DNA from: Thermodesulfobacteriota bacterium
Lineage (GTDB): Bacteria > Desulfobacterota > Anaeroferrophillalia > Anaeroferrophillales > Tharpellaceae
DNA: 64,000 bases
Direction: 5' to 3'
NCBI GenBank assembly: GCA_024763535.1
Contig: JANTFH010000005.1
Span: 4,612 to 68,611, forward strand
The translations under genes and the position numbers were made by a program. The notes under the pieces are model-generated. The model was not told where the DNA came from. It did not search any database and worked only from the letters and a program-made list of their open reading frames with translations. Shown piece after piece: positions 39,489 through 50,383 of the stretch. Position 1 is the first letter of the stretch. Every line of letters starts with the position of its first letter.

Positions 39489-40347
39489 ATTTCCGTCGGC
39501 AGAGGGTCTGGCGGTTACAAGCTTTATTCTGGAGGGGCAGTCCTGCTCCGTCTTTACTTCTGAACAAGATATAAATTCTACCGGAGGCCGGTTTCTCTGG
39601 CCTGAAATAGTGGCCGATTTGCGGCTTGGCAGGGGACTTGACCAACGCTCGGCGGAAGCGGGTCGGGGTGGGATTTTCTGTTTCTCCGACTATCGCTCAT
39701 CTAAGCCGATAGTGGTGCGCCAATATCGGCACGGCGGCTGGTGGCGTTTCTTCACCGGGGCCCGATTTTTCACACCGGCTCGTTTCCTGGCGGAACTGAA
39801 GATTCACAATCATGTCGCGCGGCTGGGTGTGCCGGTGCCGGAAGCGGTGGCCGTGATTGTTGTCGGAAAAGAGAAAAAAACGATTTTTGTCGGTGGTTAT
39901 TTTGTGACGTTGAAACTGCCGGACAGTTTGACTCTGCCGGAATTCCTGGAGTCGGCCGACAGCCTTACTCGTCTGCGGCTTTTTTTCAAGATTGGTTCTT
40001 ATCTGAAAAAACTGCATGAACACGGTATCTTCTATACCGATATGCACGTTAAAAATATCCTGGTCAGTGCCGCCGGTGAACCCTGGTTTATCGATTTTGA
40101 CAAAGCCGGAGAGTTTGCGGCACCGCTTACGTTTCGTTCCCGACTGGCGAATCTCAAGCGTTTCCGGCGTTCACTGGAAAAGTATTCTCATAGGGGCGGT
40201 CGTCTGACTGAATCCGACTGGAGTGCCTTTCTTATGGCCTATGCTCCAGAGACCCGAATGTACGCTGCTCTTTACCGGAAACTTGGTCGCGGCCGCATCC
40301 GGCGTAGGTTTTTTTATCGTCTGGGTTGGCTGATCAACCGAAGTTAA
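39478..40347 (+). CDS. Lipopolysaccharide kinase family protein (Kdo/WaaP/InaA-like)
   Basis: HGIFYTDMHVKNILVSAAGEPWFIDFDKAG is the Kdo kinase catalytic loop. Sits in an LPS-core gene neighbourhood. Confidence 0.7.
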   Translation: MASEFPSAEGLAVTSFILEGQSCSVFTSEQDINSTGGRFLWPEIVADLRLGRGLDQRSAEAGRGGIFCFSDYRSSKPIVVRQYRHGGWWRFFTGARFFTPARFLAELKIHNHVARLGVPVPEAVAVIVVGKEKKTIFVGGYFVTLKLPDSLTLPEFLESADSLTRLRLFFKIGSYLKKLHEHGIFYTDMHVKNILVSAAGEPWFIDFDKAGEFAAPLTFRSRLANLKRFRRSLEKYSHRGGRLTESDWSAFLMAYAPETRMYAALYRKLGRGRIRRRFFYRLGWLINRS

Positions 40348-41267
40348 GCGGTTTTCTCCGGAGGCTTTATCTTCCGCCAGCGGTTATGCGGCCAGAACCA
40401 CTGGGAGGGGTTGCTTAAGATCTGTTCTTCTATGATGTGGTTCAGGTGTGCGGTATATTCTGCCACCACTTCACGGTTGTCGCCGGTTTTCGGGACAAAT
40501 ATCGGTTTTTTTATCGTAAAACGGTGATGCAGTGGTCGGATTCTGTTGACAAAAACCGGAATTATCGGACAGCCGCTCAGTCGCGCCAGAACTGCCGGTG
40601 AGGGGATGGTGGCAACCTGATGCCCGAAAAACGGGGCCCAGATACGGTAATCCCGCCTTACCCGCTGATCGATCAGCAACGCAACAATCCCGCCTTTTCT
40701 CAATCTGCGGGCCAGGGCTCCGGCGCTCCCTTTTTTATCCAGTATCGTAAATCCCATATCTTCCCGGGTTTTTTTGATGGCGGCATAGAGTCGCGGTTTC
40801 TTTTTCAGGGGTTTCGCCACGCCGGCAATCGGTTTATTGATTACTTCTGAGAAGAGACCCGACAACTCCCAGTTGCCTAAGTGGGCGGAGACCAGAACAG
40901 CCCCGGAGTTGTCTGTTTTAAGAGAATGCAGGTGCTCAAGTCCGGTTACCTCAAGATTTTGCAGCAGAAGCCGGCGATAGCCGGGGCTCCTGAGCAGGAA
41001 GAGTTCACACAGGTTATATCCCAGCTGCTGCGTGATTTTTGCTTGAAGATCTAACGATTCCCGGCTGCCGGGTTTGAGGTTAAGCGCAATTTCCAGATTT
41101 TTTTCGATTACCCGTCGATGCCGCCGATCAAAAATCAGCCAGAGACGTACCAGTTGATGACCCAGTTTGTGGGCCTCCGTCAGAGGCAGCAGGTTGAACA
41201 GGATGCCGGCGCAGTTGAAAGCACCTAAACTCATTCGGTCACTTAAATCAGCTAAAAAATTTTGCAA
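40344..41267 (-). CDS. lpxL: Lipid A biosynthesis (Kdo)2-lipid IVA acyltransferase family protein (LpxL/HtrB-like)
   Basis: Lysophospholipid acyltransferase sequence with HLGNWE in the catalytic region. Adjacent to gmhB and lpxK. Confidence 0.75.
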   Translation of the reverse strand: MQNFLADLSDRMSLGAFNCAGILFNLLPLTEAHKLGHQLVRLWLIFDRRHRRVIEKNLEIALNLKPGSRESLDLQAKITQQLGYNLCELFLLRSPGYRRLLLQNLEVTGLEHLHSLKTDNSGAVLVSAHLGNWELSGLFSEVINKPIAGVAKPLKKKPRLYAAIKKTREDMGFTILDKKGSAGALARRLRKGGIVALLIDQRVRRDYRIWAPFFGHQVATIPSPAVLARLSGCPIIPVFVNRIRPLHHRFTIKKPIFVPKTGDNREVVAEYTAHLNHIIEEQILSNPSQWFWPHNRWRKIKPPEKTA

Positions 41268-41268
41268 C

Positions 41269-41886
41269 TTAAAATCTCTCCTTCCTGATATTGAGAACCC
41301 AGTCTATCGCCTCATTTAGATCACGGCAGATCATTTCCGGGTTGATTCCGGAAGTCTCGATTAGTTTTGATTCTTGATCCCCGTAGCCGGTCTTGACCAG
41401 AATTCCCCGGGCCTTGACCTTATGCGCCAGAGCCACATCAATTAATTTATCCCCGATCACGAAAGATTTTTCAAGTTTGAGATGGTAGCGGGATGATGCC
41501 TGAAAAAGCAGGCCCGGAGCCGGTTTGCGGCAGTTGCAGGTTTTCCTGTAGGGGGCCCGGCCGACATCAGGATGGTGCGGGCAGTAAAAAAAATCGTCGA
41601 TGTGAGCCCCTTTTTGGGCCAGTAACCGGTTCAAGAGCAGATGCGACCTATTGACAAATTCTTCGGAGATCTTGCCGCGGGCGACACCGGACTGGTTGGT
41701 TATCAGGATAACCGGTATCTGCCGCCGGTTGAGTTTCAGTATCGCTTCCGCGGCTCCGGGCAGGATCTCTATCTCCTCTAGCCGGCTCAAATAGTCAACC
41801 TCTCGGATAATTGTACCGTCCCGATCCAGGAAGACAGCTCCATTATCGGTAGCGGTCTGGGGTGTGGTTTCAGACATAGGTTTCAA
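41269..41886 (-). CDS. gmhB: D,D-heptose 1,7-bisphosphate phosphatase (HAD family)
   Basis: VFLDRDGTI and ITNQSGVARG HAD motifs, and the CxHxxxxxC...CxC zinc motif typical of GmhB. Confidence 0.85.
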   Translation of the reverse strand: MKPMSETTPQTATDNGAVFLDRDGTIIREVDYLSRLEEIEILPGAAEAILKLNRRQIPVILITNQSGVARGKISEEFVNRSHLLLNRLLAQKGAHIDDFFYCPHHPDVGRAPYRKTCNCRKPAPGLLFQASSRYHLKLEKSFVIGDKLIDVALAHKVKARGILVKTGYGDQESKLIETSGINPEMICRDLNEAIDWVLNIRKERF

Positions 41887-41908
41887 GCACAGCTTTTATT
41901 GGTCAGGG

Positions 41909-42985
41909 TTATTTCCTGCGGATAACATCCGTGTCGCGTATCAACTTGAGAAAACGATTCTTATCTTCAAGTTTAAGTTCAACTTCGGCAATCCAGATTT
42001 TCCGCCGTAATTTATCATCTTTTTTAATGACGGACTTAAGTTTGTCCGCGTCTTTAGCTGTGGTAAGCAGGTGAGAATCCCGGCAGAGGTCTTTGATTTC
42101 ACTAATATCGCGGTCGCTGTAGACATGGTGATCCCTGAATGAGAGGGAATTTTTGAGCTTAAATCCCGTGGCCTTGAGCTGTTTGAGAAAATAGTCATTA
42201 TTGGCCAGTCCCGAAACTGCAGAGAAGGGGTTCAGCTTATGCATTTCGGCTGGAGACAGACTCTGTTCACCGGAAAGTGCCGTGAATCTTCGGTAGTGAT
42301 AAACAGATATGAAGACTCTTTGCGGGCTGATGTAGTTGAGAACCCCGGCTGCCAGTGCGTAAAATTCCGGGTGACACTGATCGAATTTATTAAAGATGAC
42401 CGCATCCGCCCGGCAGAGTCCATTCAACGGCTCCCGCAAGGGGCCGGCCGGTAACAGCCATTGGTTGCCGAAAACCTGCTGACTGTCGATCATTACGATA
42501 TTGAAATCCCGCCGCAGACGCCGGTGCTGGAAACCGTCATCGAGAACAATTATATCGGCCAGGTTCCTCCGGCTGATGGCTTCAGCCCCGCGCACCCGGT
42601 TTTTATCCAGAACCAGGGCAATATCCGGCAACTGTCTATGGAGCATTAAAGCCTCATCTCCGATTTTATCCGGTCTCAATTCGTGGAGATCGGAATTGGC
42701 CGTAATAATTACCTGACTATTTTTGTCTGTTCGTCCATAACCGCGCGAAAGAACTGCGACCCTGAGTCCCAGGCTTTGAAAATAGCCGGCCAGAAAAGCA
42801 ACCATCGGGGTCTTCCCGGTGCCGCCGGAGGTAAGATTCCCGACACAGATTGTCGGACGATCAATCTCGTGACTCAAGCCCGGAACCAGATCATACACCA
42901 GGTTGCGGATGCTCATAATTAGCGTGTATAGCAGGGATGGGATTTTTAAGAGGGATAAAGCAGTGGTTTTCAGCAGGTCGGGCAT
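41909..42985 (-). CDS. lpxK: Tetraacyldisaccharide 4'-kinase
   Basis: Contains GNLTSGGTGKTP and SRGYGR motifs. Confidence 0.85.
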   Translation of the reverse strand: MPDLLKTTALSLLKIPSLLYTLIMSIRNLVYDLVPGLSHEIDRPTICVGNLTSGGTGKTPMVAFLAGYFQSLGLRVAVLSRGYGRTDKNSQVIITANSDLHELRPDKIGDEALMLHRQLPDIALVLDKNRVRGAEAISRRNLADIIVLDDGFQHRRLRRDFNIVMIDSQQVFGNQWLLPAGPLREPLNGLCRADAVIFNKFDQCHPEFYALAAGVLNYISPQRVFISVYHYRRFTALSGEQSLSPAEMHKLNPFSAVSGLANNDYFLKQLKATGFKLKNSLSFRDHHVYSDRDISEIKDLCRDSHLLTTAKDADKLKSVIKKDDKLRRKIWIAEVELKLEDKNRFLKLIRDTDVIRRK

Positions 42986-42997
42986 TAACGAGTTCCC

Positions 42998-44116
42998 TTA
43001 TCCTGTTTGTTTGAGGTAGCCTTCAACACAGATGTCATTATCGAATCTGCGGATTGTTACATCGGTGATTTTGGCTGCCATATCAATAGTGTTGGCCCCT
43101 TTTCCGCTGATCATCCCGAGACTGCCGCGGCCGCCGACCAGGATCGGAGCGTAGAAGAAACATACCTTGTCGATAATACGGTTGTCAAGAGCGGAGCCGT
43201 TGATCTCCGAGCCCCCCTCGATCAGGACTGAAACAATCCCTCTTTGTGCCAGAACTCTCATCAGCTCTTTCAGATCAAGCTGACCCAGATTATTGCTGGG
43301 CAGAATCAGGATATCACGAACCAGTTCTCGGTAGGGAGCAAGTTTTTCCGGCTCGTGCTGTTTGGTTGCCAGGAGCACCTTGGCATTGCCGTCGGGGCCG
43401 AAAATTTTAAAGTCCAGAGGGGTGCGGAGCATTGAATCAACAATGATTCGATACGGATTACGCGGGGTTTCGCCGGGCAGCCGGGCCGTCAGGCGGGGGT
43501 TGTCTTTGAGCAGGGTGCCGATGCCGATCAGAATGGCGTCATGGGAGGCCCTGAGCTGGTGGACATAGTGGCGTGATTTTTCATTGGTGATCCATTGTGA
43601 ATGGCCGCTGTAGGTGGCAATCCGCCCATCCAGACTGGCGGCGGCTTTAAGGGTGACAAAGGGGCGTTTCGTCGTGATGAACTTATTCCAGAATTCATTC
43701 ATTTTCCGGCATTTTTCTTCCAGAAGCCCGATCTCAACCTTAATCCCGGAGGCCTGTAGAAATGCGGCTCCTGAGCCGGCTACTTCAGGATTGGGATCTT
43801 TCGTTCCAATAACTACCCGGCGGATACCGGCTTCGATTATGGCGGCGGTACAGGGCGGCGTCCGACCCTGATGGTTGCAGGGCTCCAGAGTAACATAGAG
43901 ATCAGCTCCCCGGGCCCGGTCTCCGGCCTCACGCAGGGCGAAAATCTCAGCATGCGGCTCTCCGGCCCGTGGGTGAAAGCCGGAGCCGACAATTTTACCT
44001 TCGCTCACGATTACACAGCCGACCAGTGGATTGGGCGAGGTCAGCCCTGCGGCTTTATGGGCGAGTTTTAAGGCCTTCTGCATGAAGGCATGATCACTGT
44101 CGGTGAAAGCCGGCAT
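42998..44116 (-). CDS. ribD: Bifunctional riboflavin biosynthesis deaminase/reductase
   Basis: Deaminase motifs HAEIFAL...PCNHQGRTPPC, then a reductase domain. Confidence 0.9.
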   Translation of the reverse strand: MPAFTDSDHAFMQKALKLAHKAAGLTSPNPLVGCVIVSEGKIVGSGFHPRAGEPHAEIFALREAGDRARGADLYVTLEPCNHQGRTPPCTAAIIEAGIRRVVIGTKDPNPEVAGSGAAFLQASGIKVEIGLLEEKCRKMNEFWNKFITTKRPFVTLKAAASLDGRIATYSGHSQWITNEKSRHYVHQLRASHDAILIGIGTLLKDNPRLTARLPGETPRNPYRIIVDSMLRTPLDFKIFGPDGNAKVLLATKQHEPEKLAPYRELVRDILILPSNNLGQLDLKELMRVLAQRGIVSVLIEGGSEINGSALDNRIIDKVCFFYAPILVGGRGSLGMISGKGANTIDMAAKITDVTIRRFDNDICVEGYLKQTG

Positions 44117-44128
44117 GATACTGTTTAC

Positions 44129-44593
44129 CTATTTACTCGAATTTTGTTTGAGCAGGCCCTGTAACTCCTGCATGAATTCGCTGATATCCTTGAATTGCCG
44201 GTAAACCGAGGCAAAACGGATATAGGCCACTTCGTCCAGATTTTTCAGGGCCGCCATTACATGTTCGCCGATGAGCGCCACCGGAACCTCCTTTTCACCG
44301 GTCTCAAGCAGCACCTGCTCAAGCTCATTGAGGAGTTCTTCGATCTGTTCTTGACTGACAGCCCTTTTCTCGCAGGCCTTGAGGATCCCTTTTTCAACCT
44401 TATGGCGATCATAAGCGGCCCGGCTGGCGTCACGTTTGATGACCATCGGCAGGTTTATTTCAACCCGTTCAATCGTGCTGAAACGTTTGTTGCAGGAGAG
44501 GCATTCACGGCGCCGGCGGATAATGCTTGAATCTTTGGCAGTGCGTGAATCGATTACTTTATCTTCAGTGAAATTACAGAAGGGGCATCTCAT
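44129..44593 (-). CDS. nrdR: Transcriptional repressor NrdR
   Basis: MRCPFCNFTEDKVIDSR...CLSCNKRF zinc ribbon followed by an ATP-cone. Confidence 0.95.
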   Translation of the reverse strand: MRCPFCNFTEDKVIDSRTAKDSSIIRRRRECLSCNKRFSTIERVEINLPMVIKRDASRAAYDRHKVEKGILKACEKRAVSQEQIEELLNELEQVLLETGEKEVPVALIGEHVMAALKNLDEVAYIRFASVYRQFKDISEFMQELQGLLKQNSSK

Positions 44594-44594
44594 C

Positions 44595-45068
44595 TCAGGG
44601 ATTTTCCTGGTTGTTCATAATAACCACCTTGAGACCGGCTTCATTCAACATCTCGGCTGCCAGATCGTCCGGGTAGGTGCCGCCGATTATAATCTTCTTC
44701 AGACCGGCGTTGATAATCATTTTCGCACAGATGATACAGGGTTGATTGGTGCAGTAGATATCGCCAGATTCAATTGAGATACCGTGGTAGGAGGCCTGGA
44801 CTATGGCATTTTGCTCGGCATGCATGCCGCGGCAGAGTTCATGGCGCTGACCCGAGGGGATGCCTAATTCGTCCCGCAGGCAGCCCCTTTCGAGACAGTG
44901 CCGGATGCCGGTCGGAGTTCCGTTATAGCCGGTAGTCAGGATACGGTTGTCTTTGACGATTAAAGCCCCGACTTTACGCCGGAGACAAGTTGAACGAGTG
45001 GCGACAAGTTCGGCAATTTCCATGAAATAGGTCTGCCAGTCGGGCCGTTTTGCGGTCAGCGTATTCAT
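44595..45068 (-). CDS. Deoxycytidylate (dCMP)/cytidine deaminase family protein
   Basis: Contains HAEQNAI and PCIICAKMI zinc-binding motifs. Confidence 0.85.
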   Translation of the reverse strand: MNTLTAKRPDWQTYFMEIAELVATRSTCLRRKVGALIVKDNRILTTGYNGTPTGIRHCLERGCLRDELGIPSGQRHELCRGMHAEQNAIVQASYHGISIESGDIYCTNQPCIICAKMIINAGLKKIIIGGTYPDDLAAEMLNEAGLKVVIMNNQENP

Positions 45069-45116
45069 TCTCGTATCCTTGTTCGTTTGTTGATATCCCG
45101 GCGGAGAGTAAAAGGC

Positions 45117-46829
45117 TTAAAGTCGGTAGCTGTAGACCGGAAACCGGGAGCAGAGATCACGGACGGTTGCCCGAGTTTCTGTAATTACCGAGTTGTCTTC
45201 CGGGTGCTTTAAGACACTGGAAATACAATCGGCGACGATCTCCATCTCCGCCTCCCGCATGCCCCGGGTTGAGGCGATCGGGGTGCCGATGCGAATGCCG
45301 CTGGGGTCGGTCGGGGTTCGGGGGTCAAAAGGGATGCCGTTTTTATTGATTGTAATGCCGGCTCGATCCAGGGCGGCTTCGGCACTCTGGCCCTTGACCG
45401 GAAGATCACTCAAATCTATCAGAAATAGATGATTGTCCGTACCCCCGGAGACGATGCGAAAACCTTTTTTCTGCAGGCATGAGGCCAGAAATGCGGCATT
45501 GGTCACGGTCTGTTTCTGGGTGGCGATGAATTCCGGAGTCGTAGCCTCCTTAAAAGCTACCGCTTTACCGGCAATCGTGTGCATCAGGGGGCCGCCCTGG
45601 AGACCGGGAAAGATAGCTTTGTCAATGCGGGCGGCGTATTGCTTGCGGCATAAAATCATGCCCCCACGGGGCCCGCGCATGGTTTTATGAGTGGTCGTAG
45701 TAACAAAATCCGCATAGGGCACCGGGGAGGGGTGGGCTCCGGCCACCACCAGCCCGGCGATGTGGGCAATGTCTACCATGACCATGGCTCCGATTTTGTC
45801 GGCAATGGCCCGGAAGCGGGGAAAGTCCAGAGTTCTGGAGTAGGAGCTGGCCCCGGCGACGATCAGTTTCGGTTTTTCCCGCAGAGCAATTTCTTCAATT
45901 ACATCATAATCTAAGGTTTCACTCTTTTGGTCAACTCCATAGTAGCATGACTGATAATGTGTTCCGGAAAAACTTACGAAGGCGCCATGGGTCAGGTGGC
46001 CGCCGTGAGCCAGATTCATTCCCAGGATTTTATCTCCCGGATTAAGAACGCTGAAATAGACGGCCATATTGGCACTTGAACCGGAGAGCGGCTGGACGTT
46101 GGCATGTTCAGCCCCGAAAAGAGCACAGGCACGATCTATCGCCAGCTGCTCCACCTGATCAACAAACTGGCAGCCGCCGTAGTAGCGTTTCCCCGGATAA
46201 CCTTCAGCGTATTTATTGGTCAGCGCGCTGCCCTGAGCTTCGAGTACTGCCTGACTGACACAGTTTTCGGAAGCAATCATAATCAGCTTGCTCTCTTCCC
46301 GTTCAGTCTCCTGCCGGATGAGCCGGCTGATTTCAGGGTCAACCCGGTCAATCGGGGCGCTGACGTCCCTGGTGGAGTTGAGATTGCGGTTTTCGATCTT
46401 CTCCAGCCGGCGTTGATGGCGGCCGTTCTCGTATTCAGAATCGAGCCAGATCTGCACCAGTTCCAAGGCCTCGGCCGGTTCCAGCACACGTCCGCCGAGA
46501 ACGATAATGTTGGCGTTATTGTGCTCTTTCGCCATTCGCGCCGTAAATTGGTCGTGGACCAGAGCCGCCCGGATATTCCGGTGGCGGTTCGCGGTAATCG
46601 ACATGCCGATACCGGTGCCGCAGATCAAGATTCCTGAAGCCTCAGGGAGGCCTGCAACCTGGCCGGCCAGCAGATGAGCAAAATCAGGATAATCGACCGA
46701 GTCTTCGGAGTTGGTACCCAGATCTTTAAGCTGGATTCTTCCCTTGAGATTCTCTTTGATGTATTCTTTGAGTGCGAAACCACCATGGTCGCTGGCGATA
46801 AACAGGGTTTTGGGGTTGTTGTCAGGCAT
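45117..46829 (-). CDS. glyA: Fusion protein: ribose-5-phosphate isomerase B (N-terminus) joined to serine hydroxymethyltransferase (C-terminus)
   Basis: The N-terminal ~150 aa have the RpiB motifs ([36 protein letters not shown]). A short linker follows, then GlyA ([11 protein letters not shown]...[20 protein letters not shown]...[16 protein letters not shown]...THKT). One uninterrupted frame. Confidence 0.85.
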   Translation of the reverse strand: MPDNNPKTLFIASDHGGFALKEYIKENLKGRIQLKDLGTNSEDSVDYPDFAHLLAGQVAGLPEASGILICGTGIGMSITANRHRNIRAALVHDQFTARMAKEHNNANIIVLGGRVLEPAEALELVQIWLDSEYENGRHQRRLEKIENRNLNSTRDVSAPIDRVDPEISRLIRQETEREESKLIMIASENCVSQAVLEAQGSALTNKYAEGYPGKRYYGGCQFVDQVEQLAIDRACALFGAEHANVQPLSGSSANMAVYFSVLNPGDKILGMNLAHGGHLTHGAFVSFSGTHYQSCYYGVDQKSETLDYDVIEEIALREKPKLIVAGASSYSRTLDFPRFRAIADKIGAMVMVDIAHIAGLVVAGAHPSPVPYADFVTTTTHKTMRGPRGGMILCRKQYAARIDKAIFPGLQGGPLMHTIAGKAVAFKEATTPEFIATQKQTVTNAAFLASCLQKKGFRIVSGGTDNHLFLIDLSDLPVKGQSAEAALDRAGITINKNGIPFDPRTPTDPSGIRIGTPIASTRGMREAEMEIVADCISSVLKHPEDNSVITETRATVRDLCSRFPVYSYRL

Positions 46830-46896
46830 CAGGTTTCTCTTGTCGTCAGGTGATTTTAGATGATAGTAAAGTTTATCACTGTGAGCGTTTTAAGGG

Positions 46897-48132
46897 TTAA
46901 TAGGCGGAGAAGGCCAAAGTCGCATTGGTGCCGCCGAAACCAAATGAGTTGCTGATCGCTTTTTTGACCGGAGCTTTCACCGCTTTATGGGGGACATAAT
47001 TCAGGTCGCATTCGGGGTCGGGATTGTCTAGGTTGATGGTCGGGGGGACGATGCCGTCCCGGATAGCAAGAATTGAGTAAATTGCTTCAACCGCTCCGGT
47101 ACCGCCCAACATATGGCCGGTCATCGATTTACTGGAGCTGATGAGTAGTCTGTCGGCAGATTCCCCGAAAGCCTTTTTGATTGCCTGGGTTTCGTAAAGG
47201 TCGTTGAAGTAGGTTGAGGTGCCGTGCGCATTAATGTAGTCAACCTCTTCCGGCCTGAATCCGGCATCGTTTAAAGCCAGTTCCATTGAGGCCGCCGCCC
47301 CGACACCGGCGGGAGCTGGAGAGGCGATGTGAAAGGCGTCACAGGAAGAGCCGTAACCGGCCACTTCAGCGATAATCGGGGCACCCCGTTTCAGGGCAAA
47401 TTCGAGCTCTTCAAGAATGAGCACGCCCGCACCCTCGCCCGGGACAAAGCCATCTCGATCCCGGTCAAATGGACGGCTGGCTTTAGTGGGTTCGTCATTG
47501 TTGGTTGAAAGGGCTTTCATGGCGTTGAAACCGGCAACTCCCAGAGGAGTTATCGCCGCTTCCGTACCACCGCATATCATCACATCACTGTCATTGCGCT
47601 GAATTATCTTCATGCCTTCCCCGATCGAATGAGTTCCGGTAGCGCAGGCGGTTACGGTTGCGATGTTGGGGCCTTTAGCCTGATGGCGAATTGCAATATT
47701 GCCGGCGGCGAGATTGCCGATTATCATCGGGATAAAGAAAGGTGATACACGCCGGGGACCCTTCTCAAGCATAATCTTGTGGTACTGTTCAATACAAGGG
47801 AGGCCTCCCAGGCCGGCCCCGACCGAGACTCCGAGACGGGGGCTCAAATCGGGTGTCACTTCAAGCTTCGCCATGGCCATCGCCATATCGGCGGAGGCAA
47901 AAGCAAACTGGATAAATGAGTCCATCTTTTTGGTCTCTTTGGCATCCATGAAATCGGTTGCCTCAAAATCAGTTACCTGGCCGGCAATCTTGGTGGCAAA
48001 TTTCTCCGTATCGAATAGAGTTATCGGGCCAATTCCCGACTCTCCCGCCAGCAGGCGCTGCCAGTTCTTTTCTACCCCGGTTCCCAGGGGGGTGACCATG
48101 CCGACTCCGGTTACGACGACTCTACGTTTCAC
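46897..48132 (-). CDS. fabF: 3-oxoacyl-ACP synthase II
   Basis: 411 aa with a KAS II-like sequence and active-site motifs. Confidence 0.95.
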   Translation of the reverse strand: MKRRVVVTGVGMVTPLGTGVEKNWQRLLAGESGIGPITLFDTEKFATKIAGQVTDFEATDFMDAKETKKMDSFIQFAFASADMAMAMAKLEVTPDLSPRLGVSVGAGLGGLPCIEQYHKIMLEKGPRRVSPFFIPMIIGNLAAGNIAIRHQAKGPNIATVTACATGTHSIGEGMKIIQRNDSDVMICGGTEAAITPLGVAGFNAMKALSTNNDEPTKASRPFDRDRDGFVPGEGAGVLILEELEFALKRGAPIIAEVAGYGSSCDAFHIASPAPAGVGAAASMELALNDAGFRPEEVDYINAHGTSTYFNDLYETQAIKKAFGESADRLLISSSKSMTGHMLGGTGAVEAIYSILAIRDGIVPPTINLDNPDPECDLNYVPHKAVKAPVKKAISNSFGFGGTNATLAFSAY

Positions 48133-48246
48133 GTGTACACCTCTCCATTACATACTCATTTGCGATTGTTTTGTCTGCCAGAAGGGCGTCTGTTTATATA
48201 GATTTGAAAACTATGGCTTTCTATCGATAATAGCAGCAATTGTAAA

Positions 48247-48281
48247 GAAAAAAAACGCCTCTTTCCCGAAGGCAGAGGCGT
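48247..48281 (-). terminator. Intrinsic terminator/attenuator between acpP and fabF
   Basis: 8-bp stem acgcctct/agaggcgt with an inner cc/gg extension and a cgaa tetraloop. On the minus strand it is followed by an 8-nt U-run. Confidence 0.6.
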
Positions 48282-48342
48282 CTTTTATTCTTGACTGTAA
48301 TTGTTTGGGCTGGATTTTGAAGGCTAAACCTCCGGGAAAGCT

Positions 48343-48579
48343 TTATTCTGTGTGTTGTTTAACGAAATCAATCGCTTTCTGTACGGTGGTGATCTTCTCG
48401 GCTTCCTCATCGGAAATCTCAATGCCGTACTCCTCTTCAAAGGCCATGACCAGTTCAACCGTATCCAGAGAGTCAGCTCCCAGGTCATCGATAAAAGATG
48501 CTTCGTTGTTGATCTCACCGGCATCGTTAAGACCCAATTTTTCTGCAATAATTTCTTTGATTTTTACTTCGATCGACAT
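48343..48579 (-). CDS. acpP: Acyl carrier protein
   Basis: 78 aa. DSLD phosphopantetheine-attachment motif ([18 protein letters not shown]). Confidence 0.95.
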   Translation of the reverse strand: MSIEVKIKEIIAEKLGLNDAGEINNEASFIDDLGADSLDTVELVMAFEEEYGIEISDEEAEKITTVQKAIDFVKQHTE

Positions 48580-48659
48580 TCTGTTCTCCTTGACTTAAGT
48601 CTGAAATTTTAATCGGCAGTTACGGGATAACCGATCTCTCTGCCTGGTGTTAATTGTTA

Positions 48660-49427
48660 TTACGCTATTAACATGCCCCCATCAACCTGCAGTACCTGAC
48701 CGGTGATATAGTCGGCCATAGGCGAGAGCAGAAAGAGGACGGCATTACTTACATCGTTAACCGTGCCCAGACGGTTTACCGGAATGAGCTCTTTGATTTT
48801 GTCCTGGGCTTTTTCATCCATAGCCTCGGTCATCTCCGTCTGGATATAGCCCGGGGCAATCATATTGCTGGTGATGTTTCTTGAGGCCACTTCCCGGGCC
48901 AGGCTGCGGCCGAAACCGATAATTCCAGCTTTGGCGGCAGCGTAGTTGGCCTGGCCGCTGTTACCCATCAGTCCGATAACCGATGAGAGCGAGACGATGC
49001 GACCGTAGCGTTTTTTGATCATGCCGCGAATAACGGCTTTGCTGCAGTTGAAACAACCTTTCAGATTCACCGCCATAACCTCATCCCAGTCACTCTCTTT
49101 CAGACGCATCAGGAGGTTGTCACGGGTGATACCGGCATTATTAATTAGGAAATCGATCTGGCCGGCCGCTGCCAGAATATCATTCACCATCGCGCCGCAG
49201 GCATTAAAATCCGCGACATCAACCTGATAAAATGAGGTTTTGGCAGAGTTTTGAGGAAGTTCCGCGTTAATCTCTTCAGCAACTTTATTGCCTAAATTCT
49301 GATTAGTGCCGCAGAAAAAAACCCGGGTTCCATGACGGGCCAGAGTCTCAGTCAGTTTCCTGCCGATACCACGGGTGCCGCCGGTGACCAGAGCAACCTT
49401 GCCGGTAAAATCAAAAGGGTCAGTCAT
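48660..49427 (-). CDS. fabG: 3-oxoacyl-ACP reductase
   Basis: SDR family (TGGTRGIG, NAG, YxxxK). Confidence 0.95.
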   Translation of the reverse strand: MTDPFDFTGKVALVTGGTRGIGRKLTETLARHGTRVFFCGTNQNLGNKVAEEINAELPQNSAKTSFYQVDVADFNACGAMVNDILAAAGQIDFLINNAGITRDNLLMRLKESDWDEVMAVNLKGCFNCSKAVIRGMIKKRYGRIVSLSSVIGLMGNSGQANYAAAKAGIIGFGRSLAREVASRNITSNMIAPGYIQTEMTEAMDEKAQDKIKELIPVNRLGTVNDVSNAVLFLLSPMADYITGQVLQVDGGMLIA

Positions 49428-50383
49428 TATGTATAACTCTCGGCTATCTTTTCAAGATCACCGGGGGTGGCGATATTAAAGGTTTTAATCCGGCGGTTAA
49501 TCCGCCGCATGAGTCCGGCCAGAACCCGTCCCGGGCCGATTTCAATAACCTGGGTAACACCCTGGTCAATGGCCAGAAGCATCGACTCTTCCCAGCGAAC
49601 CGCACTGCTGACTTGTCGGGTCAGCAGCTGGCGGACATTGGCCGCGCAGTAATTGGTTTCGGCGTCAACGTTGGAGATAACCGGTATTTGCGGTTCCCTG
49701 ACCTCGACTTCACTGAAATGATCCGCAAGTTTCTCAGCTGCGGGCTGCATCAGGGAGCAGTGGAACGGCGCGCTTACCGGCAGTTTTACGACCCGGCTGG
49801 CTCCCGCTTCCTGAGCTTTTTCGGCCGCGTCCATAATTGCCGGGGTATGTCCGGAGATAACGATCTGGCCGGGGCAGTTGTAATTGGCCGGTTCCACAAT
49901 CTTCTCTCCGTCATGATCGGAAGATTCAGTGCAGATATCCCTGATTTCAGGTGGCGTCATGCCCATGACCGCGGCCATAGTTCCCAATCCTGCCGGAACG
50001 GCGGTCTGCATAAATATTCCCCGGGCTCTGACGACCCGGACGGCGTCAAAAAACGAGACCGTCTCCGCGGCCACCAGGGCTGAATATTCGCCCAGGCTGT
50101 GGCCGGCGGTGAGAACCGGATCTATGTCGAATCGGGCCCGTAAAACCCGATAGGCGGCAATACTGGCCGTGAGAATAGCCGGTTGCGTGTTAGCCGTCTG
50201 GTTGAGTTCTTCCGGCGGGCTGTTAAAACATATCTCGGTTATATCCTCGCCCAGAGATTCACTGGCCTCGGCAAAGGTTTCACGGGCTTCGGAAAAATTA
50301 TCGTAAAGCTCCTTACCCATGCCTATATGCTGCGATCCCTGTCCGGGAAAGATGAATGCAGTTTTCCTGTCGTTGCTGTCCAA
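49427..50383 (-). CDS. fabD: Malonyl CoA-ACP transacylase
   Basis: GHSLGEYSAL active-site motif. Sits in the fab operon. Confidence 0.9.
   Translation of the reverse strand: MDSNDRKTAFIFPGQGSQHIGMGKELYDNFSEARETFAEASESLGEDITEICFNSPPEELNQTANTQPAILTASIAAYRVLRARFDIDPVLTAGHSLGEYSALVAAETVSFFDAVRVVRARGIFMQTAVPAGLGTMAAVMGMTPPEIRDICTESSDHDGEKIVEPANYNCPGQIVISGHTPAIMDAAEKAQEAGASRVVKLPVSAPFHCSLMQPAAEKLADHFSEVEVREPQIPVISNVDAETNYCAANVRQLLTRQVSSAVRWEESMLLAIDQGVTQVIEIGPGRVLAGLMRRINRRIKTFNIATPGDLEKIAESYT

Noticed and set aside
47699-48598. 299-aa plus-strand ORF
   Set aside because: It is antisense to fabF and acpP.
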